DNA of 64,000 nt from an uncultured bacterium (GTDB taxonomy: Bacteria; Verrucomicrobiota; Verrucomicrobiia; Verrucomicrobiales; DEV007). Of this stretch, positions 41,135-52,904 are shown piece by piece. Below the pieces are notes generated by a model. The model ran no database searches. It had not been told where the DNA came from and worked only from the letters and a program-made list of their open reading frames with translations. Location of the stretch: NCBI GenBank assembly GCA_963977015.1, contig CAXBMO010000021.1, positions 1 to 64,000 on the forward strand, given 5' to 3'. Position numbers and translations under genes: made by a program. Numbering within the stretch: position 1 is the stretch's first letter; every line of letters starts with the position of its first letter.

Positions 41135-44100
41135 TTTGAGGGAAAGGACGCTCTCCAAAAAGGGTGCGGTCCGACTCTTCTCGTGACTGCGAAGTTCTTC
41201 CGGCGAACAAGCCGCCACCACTTCGCCGCCGTCTTCTCCGGCCTCGGGACCAATCTCGATCACGTAGTCCGCCTCGGCCACAATATCCAGGTTATGCTCG
41301 ATCACAACCACCGTCGCGCCATCATCGACCAGACGATGGAGGACTTCCAACAAGCGCTCCACATCCTGCATGTGCAGGCCGATTGAAGGCTCCTCAATCA
41401 GATAGAGAAAAGACTTCGGTTGCCGATTCTGGCGAAGCTTTGCCGTCTGGCTGCGACCAACGCCGCGCGTCAGCTCACTCACCAATTTGATTCGCTGCGC
41501 TTCTCCACCGGACAACGTCGGACTCGGTTGCCCCAGTTGCAGATAGCCCAGTCCCGTATCGCAAAGTAAACCCAGGGTTCGGGAAATGCGTGGACTCGCC
41601 TCAAAGAACTCATTCGCCTCGTCGATGCTCATCTGCATCACCTCGCCAATGTTCTTCCCATTGTAGAGAATCTCCAGCGTCGCATCGTTGTAGCGCATTC
41701 CATGGCAGTCCTCACATTCCACATAGCTGGTGGGCAGGAAGTTCATCTCGAGCTTGATCTGCCCATTTCCCTTGCACGTTTCGCAGCGGCCGCCCTCGGT
41801 GTTGAAACTGAACCGGCTGGCGGTATAGCCACGAGCCCGCGCATCGGGAACCTGCGCGTAGAGCTTCCGAATCTCGTCGAACACCTTGATGTAGGTGCCG
41901 GGCGTTGATCGGCTGGTTTTTCCAATAGGCGATTGGTCGACCTCGTAAACGGCTTCGATCTGATCAACGCCCTTGATCGATTTCCAGGTCTTCTCGCTCG
42001 GTTTGCTGCGATCCTTCGGCAAATTCGCCCGCACCGCAGGCTGTAGAACTCCGCGCATCAAACTGCTTTTTCCGGAACCGGAAATTCCACACAAAACCGT
42101 CATCCGGCCGACCGGGATTCCCAGACTAACATTCTTCAAATTGTTCGCCGTCGCTTTCTCAATCCGAATCCAGCCTGCCTTCGCGTTCCTGGCCGGAATG
42201 GGTCGGCGTTCTCCCCGCATCGGATGCACCAACGGATGCTTCAATTTCTTGCCCGTCGCCGAATTCGGGTTCTTCCGAATTTGCGCCAGGGTTCCCTGCG
42301 CCGACACCTCACCACCAAAGCGCCCGGCTCCGGGTCCCAGATCGATCACGTGATTGCTGCGACGCATCGTCTCTTCGTCATGCTCAACCACGACCAGGGA
42401 GTTCCCTTTGTCTCGCAAGGCCGTCAAAGTATCGAGCAGGCTCGCATTGTCCCGAGGGTGCAGACCGATCGTTGGTTCGTCGAGCACATAGAGAACCCCT
42501 CTCAGGTTGGAGCCGAGCTGCGCCGCGAGACGAATGCGTTGGCTCTCGCCACCACTGAGCGTTTTCGCGCTGCGATCAAGCTGCAGATAGCCGAGCCCCA
42601 CTTCCTCCATGAAACGCAGGCGCTGGGTGATCTCCGGAATAATGTCCCGGGCAATCAACCCATCTTTGCCGGTGAACTTGAACTTCCCGACGACCTCTTT
42701 CGCGTCGCTGACACTCAAGCGGGCGATCTGATCGATCGTGGAATCCTGGACTCGAACATTTCTCGCCACTTCATTCAGCCTCCCCCCGTTGCAGGTTGGG
42801 CACGTCACCAATTCATCCGGCTCAACCCACTTTCGTTGCCGCTCTTCCCTCAATTCCGCCTCCAGCTGCGACTCTCCATCGTCCTTGTCCCATCGCGGCT
42901 TGATGTGCACCTCGCCATATCCCCGGCAATTGGGACACCAGCCATGGGGCGAGTTGTAGCTGAACAAGCGGGGATCCAGTTCCTCGAACGAACGCCCCGT
43001 GTCGGGACAACTCATCGTCGTGCTAACGACTTGAATGTCCTTTTTGGCGTCGATGTACTTCGCGGTTTGTTTGCCCAGCTTCAATGCGGTCTCCAGAGCC
43101 TTCCGAATTTCGCCGGAGGGCGTCTTCTTGTCGATCTCGCAAATCACCACGTCGATGGTGTGTTCCTGGAAGCGCGTGAGCTTCTTGAAGTCGGTCGAAG
43201 GCTTGAACTCCCCATCGACCAACAGTTCCTCATACCCGTGCTTTTCAGCCCATTTGGCGACATCCGTGTGAAACCCCTTCCGCGCCTTGACCAGCGGCGC
43301 CATGATCTTGATCTTCCCGTTCGCCGCCGCCTTTTTGGCTTTCGTCACAATCGCGGTAATCGATTGTTTCACCACGGGCTTCCCCGTGGCGGGAGAATGC
43401 TGAATCCCGACCTTGGCAAAGAGCAGGCGCAGAAAGTGGTAAACCTCCGTCACCGTCGCAACCGTCGACTTCCCTCCTCCCCGCGAAATGCGTTGTTCGA
43501 TCGCGACCGTTGGCGGAAGCCCCGTCACGTGATCGATGTCCGGTTTCTCCATCTGTTCCACGAACTGCCGCGCATAGGTCGACATACTATCCAGAAAGCG
43601 CCGTTGTCCTTCCGCAAACAAGATATCAAAGGCCAGGGTCGACTTCCCGGAACCGCTCAGCCCTGTCACAACCACCATTTCGTCGCGCGGAATCTCCAGA
43701 TTGAAGTTTTTCAAGTTATGCTCCCGCGCGCCGAGCACCTTGATCACCGATGCATCCGATTTCAACATGGGAGCTCGATAGGTGGCCTGCCGCTCTCTGA
43801 CACTCGTTTTCGCATCCGGATAAAGAACTTGGGACAACGATTTCGCGGTATGCGATCGCTTCACCTTGGCAATCGCTTCCGGCGTCCCTTCGGCGACGAT
43901 CTCGCCTCCCGCGCTTCCCGCTTCCGGCCCCAGATCAATCACCCAATCGGCACACTTGATCACCTCCACGTTGTGTTCGATCACCAGAATACTGTCTCCG
44001 TTTTCCACCAATCGTTGGAAGACCTTGAGAAGCATCGCCACATCGTCAAAATGGAGTCCCGTCGTCGGCTCATCGAAAATCAACAGCGAGGAGTGATCCT

Positions 44101-46699
44101 TCTGCTTGCTGCCGCTCGATTCCAACAAGTGCCCCACGAGTTTAAGGCGTTGCGCCTCACCTCCGGAAAGCGTGTTCAGCGGCTGTCCCAAACGGAGATA
44201 TCCCAACCCGACATCCTGGAGCACACTCAGACTGGAAACAATTTTCGTGGAAAGCCGGTTTCCCTCCATCGCATCGAAAAAGGGAATCGCGCGATCGATC
44301 GTCATGCTGAGAACGTCGTAGATGGATTCACCCTCGAGTAAAACCTCCAACGTCTCCGGAGTGTAACGCTTCCCCTCGCACTCCGGACAGGTCACGTAGA
44401 CATCGCTCAGGAACTGCATCTCGACCTTCTCGAATCCGGTCCCCCAACAGCGTTCGCATCGCCCAGCACCCGAGTTAAACGAAAAGTAGCCGGGAGTCAG
44501 ACCGCGGGCTTCCGCATCGGGAGTCGTCGCAAACAACTTCCGAATTCCCTCGAAAACGCCGGTAAACACCGCGGGCGTCGAGCGCGGTGTTTTGCTGAGG
44601 GGCGATTGATCCACCATGATCACCGTGTCCGTCTTGGAGACGCCTTTGAGCGACTTCACCGCACCAACCTCCGTCTCGGCGACTTCTCCACGATCTCTCA
44701 GGATATTCTGATAAAGAACGTCGTGGATAAGGGTCGATTTGCCGGAACCGGAAACACCCGTGACGACCGTGAAAATACCGAGAGGGATCTTCACATCGAT
44801 CCGCTTCAGGTTGTGCTGCCGGGCGCCGACAATTTCGATCCAGTTGGTCGCGACACGACGATTCTCCGGAATCGGGATCACCTTCTCGCCCGTGAGGTAG
44901 GCGCGGGTTAGTGAGCGAGAACTTTCAATCCCTTCCGCGCCCTGTTTCATATCTCCGGCATAGACGATTTCGCCACCTCCCTCCCCTCTTCCGGGTCCGA
45001 CATCGACCAGATAGTCCGCCGCGCGAATCACCGCTTCTTCATGCTCCACGACCAGGAGCGTGTTGCCCTTGTTTCGCAATTGCTCCATGACCTCGATCAG
45101 TCGCCCGATGTCCCGCGGGTGAAGGCCGATGCTCGGTTCGTCCAAAACGAAGAGCGTGTTGGTGAGTGACGCTCCCAGGCACGTCGTCAGGTTGACCCGC
45201 TGAACCTCGCCGCCGCTGAGGGTTCGCGTCGCCCGATCCAGATTCAGGTATCCCAGCCCGACGCGATCCATGTATCCCAGCCGGGAAGTTACCTCGTTCT
45301 TCAGGAGTTCCGCGCTGGAGTCTCCTGCCGGTAGCTTGACGCTTTCGAAGAACGGCAACAGCTCGTCCACGGAAAGCGTCCACAGCTCGGGCAAGGTCTT
45401 GTCGTTCACTCGGAAATTCAGCGCCTCGGGTTGGAGCCTGGTCCCGTTGCACGTGTCGCATTCGGTATAACTCCGAAATCGGCTCAGAAACACGCGAACG
45501 TGCATTTTGTAGCTCTTCGACTCGACCCATTTGAAGAACCCTTTGACGCCATACCAACTGCCGATCTCGTAGGCAGCCTCCGGGTCGCCGCCATCACCCT
45601 TGATGACCCATTCCTGGTCGCTTTTCGGAAGATCCTCAAACGGCGTGTCCAGGTCGACGTCCTGCACCACCGCGCAACGCTCCAGATCGGCCTGACATTC
45701 GTAGTATTTGTCTCCTTGAAACGCTTTGACAACGCCTTCCCGAATCGAAAGCGTTTTGTCGGGAAGCGCCCGCTCGACATCGATTCCGATCACTCGCCCA
45801 AACCCGCGACAGTCCGGGCATGCTCCCAACGGATTGTTGAAACTGAAGAGTCCGGCCACCGGCTCACGAATGTCCGTATCGCACGAAGCGCAATGCCACT
45901 TGGTCGAAAACGAAAGCCGCTCGTTCGAGTCCGGCTCCACCAGCGCGACTTTGCCTTTTCCAAAGTGTAGCGCCGTTTCAACCGCTTCAAGGAGTCGACT
46001 TTTGCGATTCGCCGCGACGCGATCCTGAATCACATCGACCATGCCCTGCAATCTCCGCGAAAACTGATCCGGCTGGTCGGTTCGATAGATTTCCCCATAG
46101 ATCAACACGCGGACATAGCCCTGAGCCTGGAGAAACTCGAAAAAATCGGCCACCTCCGTATCAGCCGGCACCGCGATGCCGAACGTCACCAGCACCGGTT
46201 TGTCCTCAAAAGTCGCTTTCGCGGAACTGCTGATGCTTTGCGGAGTGTCAGGCTGAACCCGCGATCCGCATTCCGGACAAAAACCTTCCGCGACCCGGGG
46301 AAAAAGCAGCTTCAGGTAGTCGTTGATTTCGGTGATCGTTCCAACCGTCGAACGCGTCGTCTTCACGTTGTTCGACTGCTCAATCGCGATCGCCGGAGGA
46401 ATTCCGCGGATCTCCTCCACCTGCGGCTTGTCCATCCGGTCGAAAAATTGACGGACATAGGGCGAAAACGTCTCGACATAGCGGCGCTGGCCTTCCGCAT
46501 AGATGGTCTGGAAAGCGAGGCTGGATTTGCCACTTCCACTCGGACCGGTCACCACAATCAACTGATTCAGTGGCAAATCCAGGTCCACCCCCTTCAGGTT
46601 ATTCTGCGTCGCGCCGCGAATTTCAATCGCTTCGGACAGCTTCGCTCGGGACTTTCGACGCTTCGCCCGATTGGTGGGGTGCTTGCTAGGTTCAGGCAT
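41123..46699 (-). CDS. uvrA: Excinuclease ABC subunit A, double-length (two UvrA units fused)
   Basis: Four Walker A ([32 protein letters not shown]), four LSGGE.QR signatures, duplicated zinc fingers; about 1858 aa from ATG 46699. Confidence 0.95.
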   Translation of the reverse strand: MPEPSKHPTNRAKRRKSRAKLSEAIEIRGATQNNLKGVDLDLPLNQLIVVTGPSGSGKSSLAFQTIYAEGQRRYVETFSPYVRQFFDRMDKPQVEEIRGIPPAIAIEQSNNVKTTRSTVGTITEINDYLKLLFPRVAEGFCPECGSRVQPDTPQSISSSAKATFEDKPVLVTFGIAVPADTEVADFFEFLQAQGYVRVLIYGEIYRTDQPDQFSRRLQGMVDVIQDRVAANRKSRLLEAVETALHFGKGKVALVEPDSNERLSFSTKWHCASCDTDIREPVAGLFSFNNPLGACPDCRGFGRVIGIDVERALPDKTLSIREGVVKAFQGDKYYECQADLERCAVVQDVDLDTPFEDLPKSDQEWVIKGDGGDPEAAYEIGSWYGVKGFFKWVESKSYKMHVRVFLSRFRSYTECDTCNGTRLQPEALNFRVNDKTLPELWTLSVDELLPFFESVKLPAGDSSAELLKNEVTSRLGYMDRVGLGYLNLDRATRTLSGGEVQRVNLTTCLGASLTNTLFVLDEPSIGLHPRDIGRLIEVMEQLRNKGNTLLVVEHEEAVIRAADYLVDVGPGRGEGGGEIVYAGDMKQGAEGIESSRSLTRAYLTGEKVIPIPENRRVATNWIEIVGARQHNLKRIDVKIPLGIFTVVTGVSGSGKSTLIHDVLYQNILRDRGEVAETEVGAVKSLKGVSKTDTVIMVDQSPLSKTPRSTPAVFTGVFEGIRKLFATTPDAEARGLTPGYFSFNSGAGRCERCWGTGFEKVEMQFLSDVYVTCPECEGKRYTPETLEVLLEGESIYDVLSMTIDRAIPFFDAMEGNRLSTKIVSSLSVLQDVGLGYLRLGQPLNTLSGGEAQRLKLVGHLLESSGSKQKDHSSLLIFDEPTTGLHFDDVAMLLKVFQRLVENGDSILVIEHNVEVIKCADWVIDLGPEAGSAGGEIVAEGTPEAIAKVKRSHTAKSLSQVLYPDAKTSVRERQATYRAPMLKSDASVIKVLGAREHNLKNFNLEIPRDEMVVVTGLSGSGKSTLAFDILFAEGQRRFLDSMSTYARQFVEQMEKPDIDHVTGLPPTVAIEQRISRGGGKSTVATVTEVYHFLRLLFAKVGIQHSPATGKPVVKQSITAIVTKAKKAAANGKIKIMAPLVKARKGFHTDVAKWAEKHGYEELLVDGEFKPSTDFKKLTRFQEHTIDVVICEIDKKTPSGEIRKALETALKLGKQTAKYIDAKKDIQVVSTTMSCPDTGRSFEELDPRLFSYNSPHGWCPNCRGYGEVHIKPRWDKDDGESQLEAELREERQRKWVEPDELVTCPTCNGGRLNEVARNVRVQDSTIDQIARLSVSDAKEVVGKFKFTGKDGLIARDIIPEITQRLRFMEEVGLGYLQLDRSAKTLSGGESQRIRLAAQLGSNLRGVLYVLDEPTIGLHPRDNASLLDTLTALRDKGNSLVVVEHDEETMRRSNHVIDLGPGAGRFGGEVSAQGTLAQIRKNPNSATGKKLKHPLVHPMRGERRPIPARNAKAGWIRIEKATANNLKNVSLGIPVGRMTVLCGISGSGKSSLMRGVLQPAVRANLPKDRSKPSEKTWKSIKGVDQIEAVYEVDQSPIGKTSRSTPGTYIKVFDEIRKLYAQVPDARARGYTASRFSFNTEGGRCETCKGNGQIKLEMNFLPTSYVECEDCHGMRYNDATLEILYNGKNIGEVMQMSIDEANEFFEASPRISRTLGLLCDTGLGYLQLGQPSPTLSGGEAQRIKLVSELTRGVGRSQTAKLRQNRQPKSFLYLIEEPSIGLHMQDVERLLEVLHRLVDDGATVVVIEHNLDIVAEADYVIEIGPEAGEDGGEVVAACSPEELRSHEKSRTAPFLESVLSLKSSS

Positions 46700-46782
46700 T
46701 GCTGACCATACGACCCCTACTCGCCTTTGGCTCAAGCGGCTTTTTGCGGAAAATGCGCTTCCGGCCGCTTTTCGCGCCCGGA

Positions 46783-46811
46783 CCTGTGACAATGCAAGCC
46801 CGTCGGCATAG
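46783..46811 (+). promoter_or_regulatory. Putative ECF-sigma promoter CCTGTGACAAT-N10-CGGCATAG
   Basis: Same motif and spacing as upstream of the ECF sigma gene (53521-53549, minus); ATG follows 6 nt later. Confidence 0.8.
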
Positions 46812-46817
46812 AGGCCC

Positions 46818-49800
46818 ATGAAAGCTATGAAACTGCGCCATTTCTTTGTCATCTCCCTCACCTTGGTGCTTTTTCTGGCGGGATGGATTTATCACCCGGT
46901 AGAAAATCAACGTGATCCCCAATATGCCGAGATGGTTTCGCGACTGGTCTCGAAGAGCTTGGATGTCGTAAAGGTCTCCCTCGCGGCGAGAACTCCTTCC
47001 CCGGTTGAAACCAAGGCGGCCAAGTCAGAACGCGTCACGGACGGGCTGCAACTTCTCTACGACTTTCGCGAAACGACAGGCCCCAAAATCCGCGATCGCT
47101 CCGGTGTCGGCACCCCCATGGATTTGACCATCGGAAATGCGTCCGCCGTCGAACGGACCGGGACGTCACTCATCGTCAAATCGCCGACCATCCTCGTTTC
47201 AGCGAAACCCGCTACGAAACTGACGGAAGCGGTTCGTCAAACCGGCGAGTTCACCCTCGAAGCTTGGATCAAACCCGCGAAGGAGTCCCAAAGCGGTCCC
47301 GCCAGAATCGTCACGCTCTCCCTCGATTCCCGGGAACGAAACTTCACACTCGGCCAGGACGGAAACCGCTACGACGTCCGGTTTTTGACCAACTCGACCG
47401 ACAGAAACGGCCTACCGTCCCTTGCCGGCCCCAAAGGGCAACTCGGGGCCAGGTTGACCCATGTGGTCTACTCCCGCGAACGTTCCGGCCAAACCGTTCT
47501 CTACCTGGATGGCAAGCCGCACGCTCAGCGAAACACCGGCGACAACCTGAAGAACTGGGATTCCAGCTACCGCTTCGCCCTCGCCAATGAGTTGAGCAAT
47601 GACCGCGCCTGGCTCGGTGAATTTCATCTCGTCGCCGCTTACAACCGGGCGCTTTCCCCGGCCGAAGTCCGCCAGAATCTGGAAGCCGGGGCCAATCCCG
47701 AAGGTGACGGTGACCTTCTCGCCGTGGAATCTCCGCCGAAACCGAAGATCGATCTCCCCACGGTCAAACTTCCCGGGGGAAACTCGCTCACCCACGTCGA
47801 CTTCGAGCGTCACGTCATGGGAATCCTCACGCGCCAGGGTTGCAACACCGGTTCCTGCCACGGTTCCCTTCAGGGAGAGAGCGACATGGCGCTGAGCTTG
47901 TTTGGCCATGCTCCCGAGCCGGACTACTTCTCGATTATCGATGAGAGTTTTGGTCCGTTCGCCGATCCGCTTGCCCCGGAAAAAAGCGCGTTGCTGCGCA
48001 AACCCACCCTGCTGAGCAAGCACAAAGGCGGTGAGCATTTTTCGCAACGTTCGTGGCAATACAAGGTCTTGAGGAACTGGATTCAGGGCGGCGCCGAATA
48101 TCACAGCGGCAGCGGTGACGTGGTCGGCGTTGAGATTTCACCTCCCCTGCACCGTTTCTCTCGTCCGGGAAAAACGGTCAGACTCAAGGTCGAAGCCACC
48201 TTTGCCGACGGCACGCGTGAGGACGTCACCCCCTTCAGCAAGTTTGAGATTGAGGACGACTTTGTGGCGGTTGTGAACGAGGACGGACAGGTTCGCGCTC
48301 AAAACCCCGGCGACACCGCGATCGTCGTTTCCTATCGCGACGAGGTCGTCGCCTCCCGCGCTCTGGTCGCGACTCCGATTGGTTACCTTGAGGAAGCCAA
48401 AAAATGGCTCTGGAACCCGGGAACCCAGCTTTCCGCGGCTCACTACATCGACCGCGAGATCGGGACCAAACTGGACGCGCTCAACATCGAACCGTCCGCA
48501 CCGGCAACCGATGGCGAGTTTCTCCGCCGGGTTTATATCGATACGATCGGCCGGTTGCCAAGCCCGGACGAGACACGGACATTCCTCGCCAACCGCAAGC
48601 CTGACAAACGCGCCGAAAAAATTGACGAGCTTCTGCGTCACCCACTCCACGCGGCGCTCTGGGCGACCAAGTTCAGCGACATCACCGGGAACAACTCAAG
48701 CGCCATGGAGAATCCGGGCGAGAAACGCAGCAAGATGTGGCACGATTGGTTTCGCGACCGGATCGCCGAAAACGTTCCCTACACGGATTTGGTCCGCGGC
48801 GTCATCCTGGCAACCAGCCGGGACGGCCGGAGCATTGACCGCTGGATTCAAGACGCTCGAAAGCAGGACGAAGGAGCTCTTCGCGGCTTCGAGAATTCTT
48901 ACGCGAAACGCGAAACGCTCGATCTTTTCTGGCAACGGCGAAACATGACTCAGGAGCTCTACGCGGAACAGACGGCAGCCGCGTTTCTCGGCGTTCAACT
49001 CCAGTGCGCGCAATGCCACAAGCACCCCTATGACCGCTGGACACAGGCGGATTACCGCGCCTACGCCAACGTCTTCGGCCAGGTCAAAAACGATCGTTCG
49101 TCAGAGGCTCGCAAGCAAATCGACTCCGAGAACAATCGGCGCAAAAAGGTCAAGGTGAACAAGAAGAACCTCCCCAACCTGCGCGAAGTCTTCGTCGATA
49201 CGGAGAGGCCGAATCGGCTCAAACATCCGGAAACAAACCAACCTCTGCCACCAACGCCGCTGGGTGCCGAAGCGTTGGAAGAGGATGGCGATTTCCGGAT
49301 CGCCTACTTTGATTGGCTGACGCAGCCCGAAAACCCGTTCTTCGCCCGATCCTTCGTCAATCGCGTTTGGGCGCACTATATGGGCATTGGCATTGTGGAA
49401 CCGGTCGATGGCTTCTCCGCCGCGAACCCGCCTTCCAACGAGAAACTTCTCGCCGCGTTGGCGGAAGATTTCGTTTCAAGCAATTACGACATGCGCCACC
49501 TCGAACGGCAGATCCTCAATTCGCAGGCTTATCAACGCTCGTCGATGCCGAACGAGACCAACCAGGAAGATAAGAACAATTATGCGCGCAAATATCCCCG
49601 TCAGATGATGGCCGAAGTCGTGGTCGACGTCTTGAATTCGGCTCTCGGCAAGAACGACGAATTCACCCGCGACGCGCCCAAGGGAAGCAGCGCCATTGAG
49701 GTGGCAGGCAGCCGGATTCAGGACGGAAACCTGGCTTACGTCTTCAGCGCTTTCGGACGACCAACCCGAACCGCGATCTGCGACTGCGAACGGAGCGGAG

Positions 49801-50111
49801 ATCCGGCCCTGCCGCAGACGCTCTATCTGATGACCGACTCCCGGGTTTATGACAAGATCCGTAACGGGCGACTGAAAGAGGAATTGGCCAAGGATAATCG
49901 GTTAGGTCGCCTGAAGAAGAAGGAACTCGGCGACAGCGAAATTGGCGAAATCGTTGAACAACTCTTTCTCTCCACCCTGACGCGCTTCCCGGACGAAATT
50001 GAACGGCAGGCCGCAATCGCCAACGTGCGCAAACAGGACGGAAGCGAAGCGGGTTTCGTCGACGTCTTCTGGGCCCTCATCAACACCCGCGAATTCATCC
50101 TCAATCACTAA
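46818..50111 (+). CDS. LamG + Ig-like + DUF1549/DUF1553 protein
   Basis: N-terminal hydrophobic segment; LamG (TLEAW, QSGPARIV, LTHVV, LYLDGK, ALS..EV) about 47028-47690; GCNTGSCHG; FLRRVYIDTIG; CAQCHKHP; NRVWAHY; CDCER; EFILNH. Confidence 0.92.
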   Translation: MKAMKLRHFFVISLTLVLFLAGWIYHPVENQRDPQYAEMVSRLVSKSLDVVKVSLAARTPSPVETKAAKSERVTDGLQLLYDFRETTGPKIRDRSGVGTPMDLTIGNASAVERTGTSLIVKSPTILVSAKPATKLTEAVRQTGEFTLEAWIKPAKESQSGPARIVTLSLDSRERNFTLGQDGNRYDVRFLTNSTDRNGLPSLAGPKGQLGARLTHVVYSRERSGQTVLYLDGKPHAQRNTGDNLKNWDSSYRFALANELSNDRAWLGEFHLVAAYNRALSPAEVRQNLEAGANPEGDGDLLAVESPPKPKIDLPTVKLPGGNSLTHVDFERHVMGILTRQGCNTGSCHGSLQGESDMALSLFGHAPEPDYFSIIDESFGPFADPLAPEKSALLRKPTLLSKHKGGEHFSQRSWQYKVLRNWIQGGAEYHSGSGDVVGVEISPPLHRFSRPGKTVRLKVEATFADGTREDVTPFSKFEIEDDFVAVVNEDGQVRAQNPGDTAIVVSYRDEVVASRALVATPIGYLEEAKKWLWNPGTQLSAAHYIDREIGTKLDALNIEPSAPATDGEFLRRVYIDTIGRLPSPDETRTFLANRKPDKRAEKIDELLRHPLHAALWATKFSDITGNNSSAMENPGEKRSKMWHDWFRDRIAENVPYTDLVRGVILATSRDGRSIDRWIQDARKQDEGALRGFENSYAKRETLDLFWQRRNMTQELYAEQTAAAFLGVQLQCAQCHKHPYDRWTQADYRAYANVFGQVKNDRSSEARKQIDSENNRRKKVKVNKKNLPNLREVFVDTERPNRLKHPETNQPLPPTPLGAEALEEDGDFRIAYFDWLTQPENPFFARSFVNRVWAHYMGIGIVEPVDGFSAANPPSNEKLLAALAEDFVSSNYDMRHLERQILNSQAYQRSSMPNETNQEDKNNYARKYPRQMMAEVVVDVLNSALGKNDEFTRDAPKGSSAIEVAGSRIQDGNLAYVFSAFGRPTRTAICDCERSGDPALPQTLYLMTDSRVYDKIRNGRLKEELAKDNRLGRLKKKELGDSEIGEIVEQLFLSTLTRFPDEIERQAAIANVRKQDGSEAGFVDVFWALINTREFILNH

Positions 50112-50117
50112 ACGACT

Positions 50118-51422
50118 ATGAAGCAACCATCCTGGATCGACTGCGAGGGCAATGCCCGGCGCGACTTCCTCAGGTTCGGCACCGCCGGCCTCATGGGGCT
50201 CAGCCTGACCGATGTCCTGCGACTTGAAGCGGCTTCGCAGGGAACCTCAAAAGCAAAAAGCATCATCATGATCTGGCTCGCGGGGGGACCGGCCACGATC
50301 GACATGTGGGATTTGAAACCGGACGCACCGAACAACATTCGCGGCGAGTTCAAACCGATCGGGACGTCTGCCGATGGCATCCAGATTTCCGAGCATCTTC
50401 CCAGCCTCGCCAAAGTCATGAAACACTGCGCGGTGGTTCGCTCCGTTCGTCATACCATTCCCTCGCATGGTCCGGGGACGGTCTATATGCACACCGGCCA
50501 CAAGCCCACCCCGGCGTTGGATTACCCATCCATCGGCTCACTAACGTTCAAACTGCTCTCCACGCCGACCGGTGTTCCACCCTACGTGACTTTTGGGCGG
50601 GAACGTGATCGGGCGGCGATGGGCGGCTATCTGGGACCAGCCTACAATCCCTTTCAAGTCGAGGGAAATGGGCGCAACGGAGATTTTCGAGTCCGAGGAC
50701 TCACTCTCCCTTCCGGTTTCAGCCTGGATCAGCTCGCCAATCGCGCGGAACTGCTCAACACCTTCGATTCCCGCTTCCAGGCCTTCGATCAATCCGGTTC
50801 CATCGCCGGCAGTCTCGACCAATTCCAGCAACAAGCTCTCGACATGTTGCGTTCGCCGAAAACGCGGACGGCGTTCGATCTCGAGAAGGAACCTGACAAA
50901 CTTCGCGATCGCTACGGCAGGGACACCTTTGGCCAAGGCGCTCTGGCAGCACGCCGCCTGATCGAGGCCGGAGTTCGTTTTGTCAGTGTTGGCACCGGCG
51001 GATGGGATACCCACGGAGACAATTTCAAGAAGCTCAAGGACAGCAAACTTCCCGAACTGGACCGCACCTTGTCAGCCTTGATCGAAGATCTCGAGAATCG
51101 AGGGTTGCTCGATGAGACCATGATTTATTGCACCGGCGAGTTTGCGAGAACACCCAAGGTCAATGGCAAGGGCGGACGCGATCATTGGGCCAAATCGATG
51201 GCGGTGCTGATGGCCGGCGGTGGCCTCAAACGCGGCTTCGCCCACGGCACTACGACGAAGGACGGGATGGCGCCCGATGACGATCCCTGCACCCCGGCTG
51301 ATCTTTGCGCGACCATGTTTCACAACCTGGGAATCGATGCCCGGGAACAACTCGAAACTCCTTCCGGACGATCGATCGCACTCTTTCGCGACGGAAAGGT
51401 CCTGACCAACCTGCTGAGTTGA
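50118..51422 (+). CDS. DUF1501 domain protein (Tat-like signal)
   Basis: RRDFL, IWLAGGP..IDMWDLKP, ARRLIEAGVRFV, WDTH, EFARTP, GRDHW. Confidence 0.93.
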   Translation: MKQPSWIDCEGNARRDFLRFGTAGLMGLSLTDVLRLEAASQGTSKAKSIIMIWLAGGPATIDMWDLKPDAPNNIRGEFKPIGTSADGIQISEHLPSLAKVMKHCAVVRSVRHTIPSHGPGTVYMHTGHKPTPALDYPSIGSLTFKLLSTPTGVPPYVTFGRERDRAAMGGYLGPAYNPFQVEGNGRNGDFRVRGLTLPSGFSLDQLANRAELLNTFDSRFQAFDQSGSIAGSLDQFQQQALDMLRSPKTRTAFDLEKEPDKLRDRYGRDTFGQGALAARRLIEAGVRFVSVGTGGWDTHGDNFKKLKDSKLPELDRTLSALIEDLENRGLLDETMIYCTGEFARTPKVNGKGGRDHWAKSMAVLMAGGGLKRGFAHGTTTKDGMAPDDDPCTPADLCATMFHNLGIDAREQLETPSGRSIALFRDGKVLTNLLS

Positions 51423-51428
51423 AAATCG

Positions 51429-52904
51429 TCAGGGCGTCCGGGTTTGATCCGGCCCCGAGGCGAAATTGCGCCGCACCTCGGCTTCGCTCAGCGCCTTAGA
51501 ATAAATGGCGGTGAGCCGAATCCGGCCGCGCCAGGATCGATTTTCACCGCTTGGATCATTGCCGAGGCCCAATTTGAGATTGGGATGCCAATTGGAGAAA
51601 TAGCCGGGAATCCGGGATTGTGCGACGACCTTGCCGTCCAGGTAAAACCTGGCTTCGCCGCCGGGTGTCCGGGTGAAAACGAGATGGGTGAGCTTGGTGG
51701 AAACGCGCGCGGAGGATTGCAGCACCTCGTAAGTTTTCGTTTCCGTGGTGCGAAGCCGAACGACGTAGCGGTCTTGGTCCTGGCCGAGAAGAAAGTTCGT
51801 GGCACTGCTTCCGTGGGAAAAGGTCACGATCCGAGCGGGCCCCGATTGCGCTTTCTTCGCCGGTTGGACCCAGACCTCAATCGAAATCGCGCGGGATTCC
51901 TGACAGGCGTTCTGAATCTTGGTCGCGGCGCTCCGGGACTGGAAATTCGGAGCGTTATCTTTGGAGTTTTTCTCCGCGCTCAAATCCAAAGCCGCCCCGA
52001 ATCCGGACCGGTCGCGAACGACCTTCCCCGCTTCCTCGAAGGTATACAGGGCGACCAAATCACTCTCGACGCGGCTCGGTCTCGCAGCAAGATCCTGATC
52101 CGGTCCCACGACAGCGAACATGCCCGCGCGCACCTCAACCATCGCGCCATCGGAAACGCGGCGGAGATCCACCTGCCCTTCGCTGACTTCCAGCCGGGTT
52201 TGCGCTGCATCAGCGGTCAGGGCGAATTGGGTCCCGCGCACAATGGCGTAAGCGTGGGGTGTTTGCAGAACAAACGGCTCGCCCGGCGGTTGCCTGGTCA
52301 CGTCGGCATCAATTCGACCGGCAACCAGTTGCAGGCGTTTTGACGGGGTTTCATCCAGCTCGAAACTGGGCTCAAAGACGACTTCCGTGCCCCGATCAAG
52401 CCGCACCTGGGTGTCGTCTTTGTATCGCAACTCTCCCGTCGAGTCCGGCGAAGCAACCACCCGATCGTAAGGCCGCAGTTTCACGCCCTGGCTCACCCAC
52501 TCGGATTCCCCCTGGCTCAAAACTTTGACCGCCCCTTCAATCCCCACAAAGTCTGCCGGTTCGAACCAGCCGTCCTGCACCAAAACCAGCGCAATGGCCA
52601 ACGCGGCCGCCATTCCAGCGGGAATCGCGATGCGATAAAACCATCGATCGACAAGTGTCTCGAGGATCGCGGGCGCCGGACTTTTCCGGGATTTCCGGGC
52701 CAATTTCGCGACGCGCGCCATGGTGGCGTCTGCAACGTCGAAATTCTGGTCCAGATTCCGCAATTCCACTTCCACATCGAGCAGCTGCCGGAATTGGGTC
52801 GCCGTTTCTGGATTCGCATCGACGAGCGATTGCAGTTCGCGCGTTTCGTTGCGCGAAAGGCAGCCTTCCAGCTCCTTCTGAACGAGTTCTTCGAGGCGTT
52901 TCAT
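51429..52904 (-). CDS. FecR-domain anti-sigma factor with C-terminal LamG domain
   Basis: Short cytoplasmic N-domain, one TM, FecR motifs (TPHA...VRGTQF, V.EG.V), LamG about 52075-51460; ATGA overlap with the sigma gene. Confidence 0.88.
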   Translation of the reverse strand: MKRLEELVQKELEGCLSRNETRELQSLVDANPETATQFRQLLDVEVELRNLDQNFDVADATMARVAKLARKSRKSPAPAILETLVDRWFYRIAIPAGMAAALAIALVLVQDGWFEPADFVGIEGAVKVLSQGESEWVSQGVKLRPYDRVVASPDSTGELRYKDDTQVRLDRGTEVVFEPSFELDETPSKRLQLVAGRIDADVTRQPPGEPFVLQTPHAYAIVRGTQFALTADAAQTRLEVSEGQVDLRRVSDGAMVEVRAGMFAVVGPDQDLAARPSRVESDLVALYTFEEAGKVVRDRSGFGAALDLSAEKNSKDNAPNFQSRSAATKIQNACQESRAISIEVWVQPAKKAQSGPARIVTFSHGSSATNFLLGQDQDRYVVRLRTTETKTYEVLQSSARVSTKLTHLVFTRTPGGEARFYLDGKVVAQSRIPGYFSNWHPNLKLGLGNDPSGENRSWRGRIRLTAIYSKALSEAEVRRNFASGPDQTRTP

